From Thermoproteota archaeon (GTDB lineage: Archaea; Korarchaeota; Korarchaeia; Korarchaeales; Korarchaeaceae): DNA of 44,740 nucleotides. Position 1 is the stretch's first letter. The number at the start of each line of letters is the position of its first letter. Below, one piece after another: positions 18,633 through 27,662 of this stretch. The notes under the pieces were generated by a model. The model worked only from the letters and a program-made list of their open reading frames with translations. It searched no databases and was not told the DNA's origin. A program made the translations under genes and the position numbers. Location: assembly GCA_027491735.1 (NCBI GenBank), contig JAOZGP010000035.1, forward strand, positions 1 to 44,740, read 5' to 3'.

Positions 18633-20300
18633 ATGGGAACTTACCGCTCGGAGAAGTTTGTAGATGTCAACATATGGATGGAAGAGAGATACTCCTCCGT
18701 GCTCATGAATTACCTCTCTGAGAACCAAATCTTTCACGTAAGAGGAAACAGAATAGCAGACAGACCGAAGAACATAGACCAGCTGATGAGCAGATGTGAG
18801 GAGATCAACAAAATGGTTGATTACCTTAATGAGATAGTTCCTAAGGGAACTCCTTCTAAGCTTGTGCTTCCAGCAGATATAAGAGCTGCTGTAAGTTTCC
18901 TGTATAAAACAGTTAAGGAGCCGTACGATCGCATCAACGAGATAATGGCTAGAGCTGAATCCCTCTACGGAAGACTTGCCTCTGGAGAGCCTATTGATTC
19001 CTGCTTGAAGGAGCTCGAATCTCTAGTAGATGAGCTTGAGAGGATTAGAAAGAACCTCTCGAGAAAGATTATATCCTTCAAGGAGGCAGCTGATTCCCTC
19101 AGAAGACGACTGGATTTCCTAGGAAAAAACTCACAGTATGAGTCATTCTTCGTGGTCAATGGATGGGTTCCGGAGAAGAGGCTCAAGTCCATAGCTGATG
19201 ACCTGGAGAGTCTCTGCGACGGGCTGGTCGTGATAGAGATAGTCAAGGTGAGGGACTATCCACCAACCCTGATAAAGGTTCCGAAGATCTTGTTCCCCGT
19301 GCAAAGCCTGGTGGATGCCTTTGGTCTTCCTAAATCCACGGAGATAAACCCAGCTATACTCGCTTGGTTGACCTTTCCGCTGTTCTTTGGTATGATGTTC
19401 GGGGATGTAGGTCAGGGCTTAGTTATACTTCTCGTAGGACTACTGTCCATGTACGTAAGCAGGAGGAGAAAGTTCGATGGAATCACAGGCATGATCGTCA
19501 ATAATGGACAATTTTTGATCGCTTTAGGAGTAGGAGCGATCGTTTTCGGGTTTGTCTATGGAGATCTGTTTGGCCCCGACAGATTCTTAAAATTCGGTCT
19601 ATTTCATCCAATGGAAGAGACTAATAGAGCGATAATAATAGCTCTCTTCGTAGGAGTAGTCCACATAACCACAGGCATAGCTCTGTCGGTGGCCAACTGC
19701 TTGATGAATAGAAAGTACCTGGACGCTCTATTTGGACCGGTACCTTGGCTAGCGTTCTACTTGATGTTCACCTATCCGATAGCCTACAAGTTCTTCTGTC
19801 CAACGTGGCACATGGATCTGAGCGGGATATACTTCAACCCGATGTTCTTAGGAGCTCTGGCTGTGCCCCTTCTAGTAATGCTAGCAGGACATCCAGTAAA
19901 GGAGATTCTGGAGGAGGGGCGCAGCCTGAGAGAAGCTCTTTCATCAATCGGAATGGGCTCCATGGAGGTCTTCGAGGTCGGTCTTGAGTCCTTGGGTCAC
20001 ACTATATCTTATCTGCGATTGTGGGCGTTGAATATGGCTCATGAGGCTCTAATGATTGTTTTCATAAGACTTGCTTTCATGTGTTACCCCACGAGCTTCA
20101 TAGCAGGTCTCGTGATAGAGCTGGGAGGAAACCTCCTGGTACTGACATTGGAGGGAGCTATAGCCTTTATGCATGCTTTAAGGCTTCACTGGGTTGAGTG
20201 GTTCATGAAATTCTACGATGGAACAGGATATCCATTCAGACCATTCCAGGACAAATGCAGATGGGTGATCTACGGGGGATTGTCTGCACAAAGATTTTAA
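18633..20300 (+). CDS. atpI: A/V-type ATP synthase subunit I (a)
   Basis: GWVP, PPT, FFGMMFGDVGQG, SYLRLWAL with essential Arg, LRLHWVEWFMKFY. Confidence 0.95.
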   Translation: MGTYRSEKFVDVNIWMEERYSSVLMNYLSENQIFHVRGNRIADRPKNIDQLMSRCEEINKMVDYLNEIVPKGTPSKLVLPADIRAAVSFLYKTVKEPYDRINEIMARAESLYGRLASGEPIDSCLKELESLVDELERIRKNLSRKIISFKEAADSLRRRLDFLGKNSQYESFFVVNGWVPEKRLKSIADDLESLCDGLVVIEIVKVRDYPPTLIKVPKILFPVQSLVDAFGLPKSTEINPAILAWLTFPLFFGMMFGDVGQGLVILLVGLLSMYVSRRRKFDGITGMIVNNGQFLIALGVGAIVFGFVYGDLFGPDRFLKFGLFHPMEETNRAIIIALFVGVVHITTGIALSVANCLMNRKYLDALFGPVPWLAFYLMFTYPIAYKFFCPTWHMDLSGIYFNPMFLGALAVPLLVMLAGHPVKEILEEGRSLREALSSIGMGSMEVFEVGLESLGHTISYLRLWALNMAHEALMIVFIRLAFMCYPTSFIAGLVIELGGNLLVLTLEGAIAFMHALRLHWVEWFMKFYDGTGYPFRPFQDKCRWVIYGGLSAQRF

Positions 20301-20332
20301 TAAATGACTTAGTTCGAGGCGTGGTTGAGACA

Positions 20333-20785
20333 ATGGATCCCATCGTGGAAGTGCTCAAGTACTTGTCCCTCCCACTGGCGGTCGGATTGTCTGCCGTTGG
20401 AGCAGGCATAGGCATCGCATGGAGTTCTCCCGCGGTGGCAGGAGCTGGAGCCGAAAAACCGGAGACCATAAGCAGGAATCTTATCTCCATAGTTCTATCT
20501 GAAGCTCTAGCAATCTATGGGCTGATAGTAGGATTGCTGCTTTTCTTTAAGCTCGCAGCAATAACTGAAACCGCTAAAGCTATCTCTGCTTTCTCAGCTG
20601 GGTTCACAATAGGTCTTGCAGCATTAGGAGCTGGTATAGGAATAGGTCTTTCAGGAAATGCTATGGCCATGGCAACTGCCAAAGATCCCAAGCTGTTCGC
20701 TCGGCTTCTGCTTGGAGTAGTTCTATCTGAAGCTCTAGCAATCTATGGGCTGGTTGTGGCCTTACTGATAGTTCTAGGTATATGA
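20333..20785 (+). CDS. atpK: ATP synthase proteolipid subunit K (c), duplicated 4-TM form
   Basis: Two hairpins each with GAGIGI and VLSEALAIYGL; ATG at 20333. Confidence 0.93.
   Translation: MDPIVEVLKYLSLPLAVGLSAVGAGIGIAWSSPAVAGAGAEKPETISRNLISIVLSEALAIYGLIVGLLLFFKLAAITETAKAISAFSAGFTIGLAALGAGIGIGLSGNAMAMATAKDPKLFARLLLGVVLSEALAIYGLVVALLIVLGI
20490..20752. repeat. Perfect 35-bp direct repeat (20490-20524 and 20718-20752)
   Basis: tagttctatctgaagctctagcaatctatgggctg in both hairpins. Confidence 0.92.
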
Positions 20786-20861
20786 GAAACTCTTACCGAA
20801 GGAGCGCGGATCTAATCTAAGCACTTAATTAAAATGGATACATCCTAAACTAATATTTCTC

Positions 20862-21869
20862 ATGTTGGGGGATCGGATGAGGCTGAAAACGGACTATTTT
20901 GTCAACGCTGTTGTGTATGGAAGGCTCAACTCCGTGCCATCCGAGGAGGAGCTGAGGACTTCCTGTAGTAGAGGTGTTGATGAGCTGGTTAAAGTCATGA
21001 ATTACAGATGGGATGATAAGGGAGATCTGGACCTTGCGCTCTACAGAGAATTTGTGAAGGAGCTTAGAGAGCTTCAGAGCCTCACAAGCAGGTCCAGTCT
21101 TAGGAAGGCTATGGAGTCCGTTATTTATGATTATAGGGCCAAGAACTTAGCGCTTCTTCTCTCCGGTAAGATACTTGGCTTGGATTGGGGAGAGATAAGC
21201 AATTACTTCTCTCCTGTTGATGATTTAGAGTTACTTCATGCTGCTTATTCCCTCGACAGTGACACATTGCTGTCTTCTTTGAGTTACGAGTGGAGAGTTG
21301 CTGTCAAGGAAGGGATGGAGGCTTACAGCGAGGCAGGTGATTTGGGTCTTCTGGAGGCTGCCGTATATCGCTCAGCCATGGAAATAAAATACGATCTCTT
21401 CGCGGAGTCCACTGGAAGAGGGTGCAGGGAGTATCTTGAGATAGTTAAGGCCGACATCGACCTTAGGAACGTGATAGTCTTGCTTAAAGGCTCGGAGCTG
21501 AGGGCTCATAAGAAGACCATCATGACAAACATCATTCGGAGAGGAACTCTCTATCCAGGCATGATGGAGAGGTGCTCCTCCCTACGATCTGCCGAGGCGG
21601 TACTGGAGGTGGTGAAAGAAAAACTGAGATTAGGTGAAATAAGCTCTCAGAGAATAGATGAGCTTTCGATAGAAATGGAGAGCAAGAGAAGATTCATTTT
21701 AATGAGGAAGCTTCGTTCGATAATATCCAATCCAGGATATGCTGTTGTTCCTATATCTTATCTCGAGCTCAAAAAAGCTGTGGTGGATGTGATCAAGTCC
21801 GTGCACTCATCCATTAGAAACGGACTTAGCTCCGAGGAGTGCTCCTCGTTTTGCCTTCCCCTCTTATAA
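20862..21869 (+). CDS. atpC: A/V-type ATP synthase subunit C (divergent)
   Basis: YFVNAVV, YDYRAKN, DIDLRNVIVLLK; size about 330 aa; follows K. Confidence 0.75.
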   Translation: MLGDRMRLKTDYFVNAVVYGRLNSVPSEEELRTSCSRGVDELVKVMNYRWDDKGDLDLALYREFVKELRELQSLTSRSSLRKAMESVIYDYRAKNLALLLSGKILGLDWGEISNYFSPVDDLELLHAAYSLDSDTLLSSLSYEWRVAVKEGMEAYSEAGDLGLLEAAVYRSAMEIKYDLFAESTGRGCREYLEIVKADIDLRNVIVLLKGSELRAHKKTIMTNIIRRGTLYPGMMERCSSLRSAEAVLEVVKEKLRLGEISSQRIDELSIEMESKRRFILMRKLRSIISNPGYAVVPISYLELKKAVVDVIKSVHSSIRNGLSSEECSSFCLPLL

Positions 21870-22434
21870 ACTTTATTATTATAAAGAAGTTTGAGATGAT
21901 CACCCCACATATTATGCCTAGCAACTGAGCTAAGTTCTCGGACATCCCAAAAGATGGCAGGAACGTTTTAGACAGATACCAAGAGACCGCTATTATTGTT
22001 ATCATGTCAACCAAAAGCGCTATGCTCTTAGAAGCCATTCTAAAACTTGCTGGTAGACCTGGTCGAACCTCCTCCCGCTCAACACTTCCTCCACAGACTT
22101 TGTTCACCGAGATCCTCTCAAGTTCAGCACTCTCGGCCTCCTCACCTTCTTTCGATTTCTGTTTTTCAGAAGGAATTACCTCCGAACCTTTCATGCACTC
22201 TAACACATCACGATAGTATGTTGGAAGCTGTTTAGCGTCTACTCTCCTTGAGTTCAAGAGGCATGCAGTCACAAGCAAGGATGAGGGTATCTCCTTCGAG
22301 TCCAAGGCACTCCTGATCTTCCCAGGAGGTATTCCACATTTCTCAGATAACTTCTCAACTCCGTAGTAGCTTATAGCGGATTCTATAGCCTCTTTCATTT
22401 TCTTATTAAGTCTAAGCCTTATCTCTGTGCCCAC
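21826..22434 (-). CDS. Hypothetical protein: N-terminal HTH-like domain, acidic linker, two C-terminal TM helices
   Basis: 202-aa ORF; GVEKLSEKCGIPPGKIRSAL; two hydrophobic segments near the C-terminus. Confidence 0.7.
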   Translation of the reverse strand: MGTEIRLRLNKKMKEAIESAISYYGVEKLSEKCGIPPGKIRSALDSKEIPSSLLVTACLLNSRRVDAKQLPTYYRDVLECMKGSEVIPSEKQKSKEGEEAESAELERISVNKVCGGSVEREEVRPGLPASFRMASKSIALLVDMITIIAVSWYLSKTFLPSFGMSENLAQLLGIICGVIISNFFIIIKFIRGEGKTRSTPRS

Positions 22435-22500
22435 AAGAGGAGAACCGAGTCTGAGATAAAAAATTTAGTTGTGCTGAGGAAGTTCGCTGTTAAAACGAGA

Positions 22501-22712
22501 GGAGAGGATCTTTCACAAGGAGTTTTCATCTGCAAGAGCTGTGAATATTAAGTCAACACAAACATAAACATAGCCAAAAATATTGGAGTGTAGCCAAGGG
22601 CATATAGTCCATTGCAAGGCTCTAGCGGTCAAGTTTGAGGAAGCAGCTCCGTTACACGCTTCCCAAACATAAAGGTCTCACGATGAAGTCCCCTTTAGGT
22701 AGAGGAGGTCAC
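22501..22712 (+). pseudogene. Degenerate IS200/IS605 tnpB 3' end with right-end-like sequence
   Basis: GEDLSQGVFICKSCEY*VNTNINIAKNI resembles the TnpB Zn-finger/RuvC-III pattern (F.C..CG...AD.NAAKNI); hairpin gtttg-a-ggaagc/gcttcc-caaac; ends gaagtcccctttaggtagaggaggTCAC. Confidence 0.7.
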
Positions 22713-23312
22713 CTCTATTATCCTTCTCAACCTAAAGAGCTCCTCCCTCTCTCTCTCCTCGAGAGCCATCTCTATGAGAGCTATGTTTCTCTTTATCTCA
22801 GGTATAAGACGATAATTTAGGGCATTAACTCTCCTCCTCACCTTAGCTATCTCCTTGGAAAGATTTTCCATCTTGTAGGCGAGTTCTATGAGCTTTATAA
22901 ATTCCTCCGCAGTTTTCATGGCCTCCTCCTCCGCAAGTATGAAAGAGGCAGGGCTTGATATGAGATTTGTGACCTTCACAGGCTCTCTCATTTTCCTAAG
23001 GCCCAGTTGAACTAAGCGCAATCCCATGAGGTTTAGAGGACGAGCATCGACTTCGTAGCACGACTTTCTCATCGATAGAAGCCTTTCTGTCTCTAGACGA
23101 CCAACCTCTACCTCTGAGAGGGAAATTCCTCTATCTATTTTCCTTAGTGCCTCCAGAACCATGCGATAAACCGTAGAATACTCCCTCAAAGTATTAAAAA
23201 GTTCCGAAACTAGTTCGTTCTCTTTATCGAGTAGAAGATCGTACGCCTTCTCAGCTAGCCTCAGCCTTCTCTTAAGAGCTATCAATTCCATCCTCGTTGG
23301 CTTTACTTTCAA
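22695..23312 (-). CDS. atpD: A/V-type ATP synthase subunit D
   Basis: VKPTRMEL, RRRVNAL..LIP, LEEREREELFRL. Confidence 0.95.
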   Translation of the reverse strand: MKVKPTRMELIALKRRLRLAEKAYDLLLDKENELVSELFNTLREYSTVYRMVLEALRKIDRGISLSEVEVGRLETERLLSMRKSCYEVDARPLNLMGLRLVQLGLRKMREPVKVTNLISSPASFILAEEEAMKTAEEFIKLIELAYKMENLSKEIAKVRRRVNALNYRLIPEIKRNIALIEMALEEREREELFRLRRIIEVTSST

Positions 23313-23358
23313 GGTGGATCACCTTTCTTTTTTTAAAAAAAAGGAAGCTTAAAAGGAT

Positions 23359-24777
23359 TTAGGGGGCTTCCTCGCTTTTCACCGCCCCTTTATGCCTGTA
23401 TCTGGGATGATACCTCTCTATTATCTTCCGCGGTATTCTAGTGAGGTCCTCTTCAGGCACATACTCTGCAAGCAGCTTCCATCCCAGATCCAGAGTGTAG
23501 CTTAGATCTCTGTTCTCCTCAAATCCTTGGTTTACAAACCTCCTCTCGAAGGCATTGCCGAAGTCCAAGTATCTCCTCTCGCTTTCCTCGAGAGCCTCCT
23601 CTCCTATTATTAGAGCTAAGTTTCTGACCTCCTGTGCTCTAGCATAAGCTGCATAGAGTTGATTGCTGAGATCTCTGTGATCTTCTCTCGTGTACCTGGT
23701 GGCTTCAGTCATCAGACGGGAGAGCGACGGAAGCACATTTATTGGAGGATAGATACCCTTGTTGTGCAGGTTTCTGTCCAGGAAGATCTGTCCCTCGGTT
23801 ATGTAGCCAGTGAGATCTACGACTGGATGGGTTATATCATCGTTGGGCATAGTTACTATTGGTATCAGAGTCACGCTCCCTCTCTTTCCGAGTATCCTAC
23901 CACACCTCTCGTATATGGAGGCCAGATCTGTGTATAGATATCCCGGGAATCCTCTTCTTCCAGGCATCTCCTCCCTAGCAGCGGAAATCTCCCTCAATCC
24001 TTCAGCGTAGCTGAGCATGTCCGTTAAGATAACGAGGACGTGTATTTCCAGGGTAAAAGCGAGGTACTCCGCATAGGTCATGGCTAGTCTAGGAGCGAAA
24101 ATCCTCTCAGCCACAGGATCGTCAGCTAGGTTGACTATCAAAACTGATCTGCTGAGCGCTCCTGTCTTCTCAAAGTTGTTGACGAAGAACTTGTAGTCCT
24201 CGTAGGATATCCCCATCGCTCCAAAGACCACAACAAACTCCTCCTCCTTTCCGGGAACCTTTGCCTGTCTAGCTATCTGCATTGCCAGCTGATTGTGAGG
24301 CAGGCCGCTTCCAGTGAAGAGAGGAAGCTTCTGACCCTGACTTAAGGTGTTCATTCCGTCTATGGCGGATATGCCTGTCTGCATGAAGTCCTTCGGATAC
24401 TCTCTGGCCGTGGGATTTATCGGCAGACCGTTGACGTCCAAGTAGTCGTCGGGAACTACAGGGGATTCACCATCTATGAACTCTCCTCTTCCGTTGAGAA
24501 CCCTTCCAACTATGTCTTGAGAGACGGGTATCTTTAAGGTATCCCCTAGGAAGGTCACTGCAGTCTTGTCAGCATCTATCTCGCTAGTTCCCTCGAACAC
24601 CTGCACTATGGCATATCCCTCTCCGGTCTCTATCACCGAGCCACTTCTTTCCCCTCCTTTAGGGTCCAGAACCCTGACTATCTCTCCATATCCGACCTCC
24701 TTGGTCTTCTCGACTATGAGCAGGGGACCCCTTACCTCGCGAACCGTCCTGTAGTATTTGGGAGCCAAACTTGTCAA
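23359..24777 (-). CDS. atpB: A/V-type ATP synthase subunit B
   Basis: [43 protein letters not shown]. Confidence 0.97.
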   Translation of the reverse strand: MTSLAPKYYRTVREVRGPLLIVEKTKEVGYGEIVRVLDPKGGERSGSVIETGEGYAIVQVFEGTSEIDADKTAVTFLGDTLKIPVSQDIVGRVLNGRGEFIDGESPVVPDDYLDVNGLPINPTAREYPKDFMQTGISAIDGMNTLSQGQKLPLFTGSGLPHNQLAMQIARQAKVPGKEEEFVVVFGAMGISYEDYKFFVNNFEKTGALSRSVLIVNLADDPVAERIFAPRLAMTYAEYLAFTLEIHVLVILTDMLSYAEGLREISAAREEMPGRRGFPGYLYTDLASIYERCGRILGKRGSVTLIPIVTMPNDDITHPVVDLTGYITEGQIFLDRNLHNKGIYPPINVLPSLSRLMTEATRYTREDHRDLSNQLYAAYARAQEVRNLALIIGEEALEESERRYLDFGNAFERRFVNQGFEENRDLSYTLDLGWKLLAEYVPEEDLTRIPRKIIERYHPRYRHKGAVKSEEAP

Positions 24778-26525
24778 CTAGACACCTCCCCAAACAGCTT
24801 CTTCATTATATCTCTCAGCTCAGCTAGAGCGTTCTCAAATTCCTCCTCGGGCATGTACCTCAGCTGTGAGAGGATCTTCCTTATCTCAGGTGAGGTTATT
24901 TCAGATAAGGATGCTCCTCTGCTTAGGGCTGAAGACATGGCCCTGTGCAAGTCCACTATTGTCTTAGCTATTTTGTATGTTCTCGTTGGTGGAGAGTAGG
25001 TGTCCACATCATGGAAAGCGTTCTGCATCAGGAAGTCCTCCCTGAGAAGCCTGCCTATGTACAGGGTTAATCTATCCCTCTCCGGGAGGGCATCAGCCCC
25101 TATAAGCTTGACAAGCTCAGATAGCTCGGATTCCCTCTGAAGTATAGAGCCGACCTCCGTCCTTAAAGCCCCCCAATCGGGAGCCACATTCTTTCTGAAC
25201 CAATCCTCAAGCACACCGGAGTAAAGCGAGTAGCTAGTAAGCCAGCTTATTGCTGGGAAGTGTCTCTGTTCCGCCAACGACTTATCAAGTGCCCAGAAGA
25301 CTCGCACTATTCTCAAGGTGGACTGTGTGACGGGTTCGGAGAAGTCTCCTCCGGGCGGGGAAACGGCGCCCACTACTGTTACTGATCCTATCCTGTCTTC
25401 AGAGCCCAGACATATTACTCTCCCAGCTCTTTCATAGAACTCAGCCAGACGATCCGCCAGATATGGAGGATACCCTTCCTCTCCGGGGATCTCCCCCAAG
25501 CGACCAGAAACCTCCCTCAGAGCTTCAGCCCATCTGGAGGTGGAGTCAGCCATGAGAGCGACATCATAGCCCATATCTCTATAATATTCCGCTAGGGTTA
25601 TTCCTGTGTAGATGCTGGCCTCTCTAGCGGCTACGGGCATGTTGGAAGTGTTTGCTATCAATATAGTTCTTTCCATCAGTGGTTTACCTGTCCTCGGATC
25701 TTTTAGCTCAGGGAACGATCTCAGAACATCGGTCATCTCGTTTCCTCTCTCACCACATCCCACGTAGACTACTATGCTGGCATCTGACCACTTGGCCAAC
25801 TGATGCTGAAGAACGGTTTTTCCTGTGCCGAAACCACCGGGAACTGCGGCCGTACCTCCTTTCGCTATCGGAAATAGGAAGTCCAATATTCTCGTTCCAG
25901 TTATCAACGGATCCGTTGGGTCGAGCCTCTTCTTATAGGGCCTTGGAATTCTGACAGGCCACTTCTGCTTTAGTGTGAGCTTTACCTCCCCAGAGCTTGT
26001 CTCAACGGTGACAATAGTATCATCAGCAGTGTAGTCTCCTTCAGGCTCCACGCTTTTAACTGTCCCCTTTATGCCTGGAGGAACGAGCACTTTGTGAATC
26101 ACTAGCTCGGTCTCCTGAATCTCGCCTATGATGTCTCCGCCAACGATCTTATCTCCCGGTTTTACTTTAGGTTTGAAGCTCCAAGATCTCTTCAAAAGTG
26201 GTTCAGCTACCACCCCCCTCATTATGAAGTCTCCATACTCGTCCCTGATTAGGGTCAAAGGTCTTTGTATTCCGTCGTAGATCTGTCCTATTAGGCCAGG
26301 TCCAAGCTCCACGTAGAGTAGAGATCCTGTAGTCTCTACTGGTTCTCCGGGTCTTAGTCCTCCGGTATCCTCGTAAACCTGGATCTCAGCTCTGTCCTCC
26401 ACTAGTCGGACTATCTCGCCTATCAGCTTGTCTTCACCTACCCTAACCATCTCATACATCTTGGAGCCAGAGAGCCCCTTCGCCATAACGACTGGACCTG
26501 CAACGCGAGTTATTTTACCTTCCAC
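24774..26525 (-). CDS. atpA: A/V-type ATP synthase subunit A
   Basis: [28 protein letters not shown]; no intein; start codon uncertain (26525-26549). Confidence 0.97.
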   Translation of the reverse strand: MEGKITRVAGPVVMAKGLSGSKMYEMVRVGEDKLIGEIVRLVEDRAEIQVYEDTGGLRPGEPVETTGSLLYVELGPGLIGQIYDGIQRPLTLIRDEYGDFIMRGVVAEPLLKRSWSFKPKVKPGDKIVGGDIIGEIQETELVIHKVLVPPGIKGTVKSVEPEGDYTADDTIVTVETSSGEVKLTLKQKWPVRIPRPYKKRLDPTDPLITGTRILDFLFPIAKGGTAAVPGGFGTGKTVLQHQLAKWSDASIVVYVGCGERGNEMTDVLRSFPELKDPRTGKPLMERTILIANTSNMPVAAREASIYTGITLAEYYRDMGYDVALMADSTSRWAEALREVSGRLGEIPGEEGYPPYLADRLAEFYERAGRVICLGSEDRIGSVTVVGAVSPPGGDFSEPVTQSTLRIVRVFWALDKSLAEQRHFPAISWLTSYSLYSGVLEDWFRKNVAPDWGALRTEVGSILQRESELSELVKLIGADALPERDRLTLYIGRLLREDFLMQNAFHDVDTYSPPTRTYKIAKTIVDLHRAMSSALSRGASLSEITSPEIRKILSQLRYMPEEEFENALAELRDIMKKLFGEVSS

Positions 26526-26862
26526 CTGAAACACCACCCTTCCCTGCAAGACTTTCTATATCAACCTTGACTCCGAGGGTTTTGCTTATCACAGAGGCTA
26601 TATCCTCGCCCTCGCCTCCCCTTAAGAAGTCAGGAATTGATAGGAGAAAAACGTTCTTGGGAAGCTTTTTCCTTGCCTTGCTCAAGGACTGGATTACTTC
26701 TCTTTTATAAAATGAGGGGACTATCAGAACCTTCCCCCTCTGCCCCTTGGCTTCAAGCTCCGCTCTGATCTCCTCTGCATCCGCTGCTACCTTGGAACCA
26801 GAGATCCCGCAGAGCTTGAATATCTTGAAGCATCTCTCGTCTGAGAGTATCTTTACCTCCAT
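26515..26862 (-). CDS. atpF: A/V-type ATP synthase subunit F (divergent)
   Basis: ILSD..FKLCGI, LSIPD, ISKTLGVKV; directly upstream of A. Confidence 0.8.
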   Translation of the reverse strand: MEVKILSDERCFKIFKLCGISGSKVAADAEEIRAELEAKGQRGKVLIVPSFYKREVIQSLSKARKKLPKNVFLLSIPDFLRGGEGEDIASVISKTLGVKVDIESLAGKGGVSGGR

Positions 26863-26971
26863 CGTGGAAGCAGTAGGGGGTCTGCTTTTATTTTTATCGC
26901 TGAGAGGTCAATAGGAGATGAAAATGTTTATTTACTGCCATGCGATCCTTTACACTAGCTCTTCGAATGAC

Positions 26972-27059
26972 GCGGGGGTAGCCAAGCCGGGACAAAGGCG
27001 GCGGACTTAAGATCCGCTCCCTTAGGGGTTCGTGGGTTCAAATCCCACCCCCCGCACCA
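26972..27059 (+). tRNA. tRNA-Leu(TAA)
   Basis: GCGGGGG/CCCCCGC-ACCA, anticodon arm GCGGA-CT-TAA-GA-TCCGC, long variable arm. Confidence 0.95.
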
Positions 27060-27077
27060 TGACAGGAGGACCCAACC

Positions 27078-27662
27078 ATGGGACTTGAGAAGGAGGCTAA
27101 ACTCAGAATAAAGCACAAGGAGTTCTTGGAACTCGCTGAGAAATTAGGGCTTGATCTGAGGTTCGACAGGACCGTCTCTCAGAGAGATGAATTCTTTGAT
27201 TATGAGGATATGCACCTTATGAGGAGAGACTCCGTCCTCAGGATAAGGAGAGAGGATGATCTACTGATAGTAGCGTATAAGGGCCCTAGGAGGATCACGA
27301 ACGGAATTAAAGTAAGAGAAGAAGTTGAAGGACCTATCGGCAGTGAAGAATGCTTAAAAGCCTTAAGAGCTGCGGGAGTACCGGCTGACAGGGTTTCTTC
27401 TATTGAGGATCTCTATGAATTGTTGTATAGTAGAGGACTCTCAAAAAAGGCTGAGGTTAGAAAGAAGAGAAAGATCTATAAATCGAGCAGATTCAATTGT
27501 GAGATCTGCTTGGACTCTGTAGATGGACTTGGTGAGTTCGTCGAGATAGAGGGGAAAGCCGTTGAGAGGTTTATGGAGGAGATGGGAATAGATAATAAAA
27601 ATAAAAGGGTAATTAAGAAAAGCTATTTAGAGCTTATTGCTGAGAAAGGATTTAACGCCTGA
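27078..27662 (+). CDS. cyaB: CYTH-domain protein (class IV adenylate cyclase-like)
   Basis: EKEAK (ExExK), LRIR, YKGP, KKR, DSVDGLGEFVEIE, SYLEL. Confidence 0.88.
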   Translation: MGLEKEAKLRIKHKEFLELAEKLGLDLRFDRTVSQRDEFFDYEDMHLMRRDSVLRIRREDDLLIVAYKGPRRITNGIKVREEVEGPIGSEECLKALRAAGVPADRVSSIEDLYELLYSRGLSKKAEVRKKRKIYKSSRFNCEICLDSVDGLGEFVEIEGKAVERFMEEMGIDNKNKRVIKKSYLELIAEKGFNA

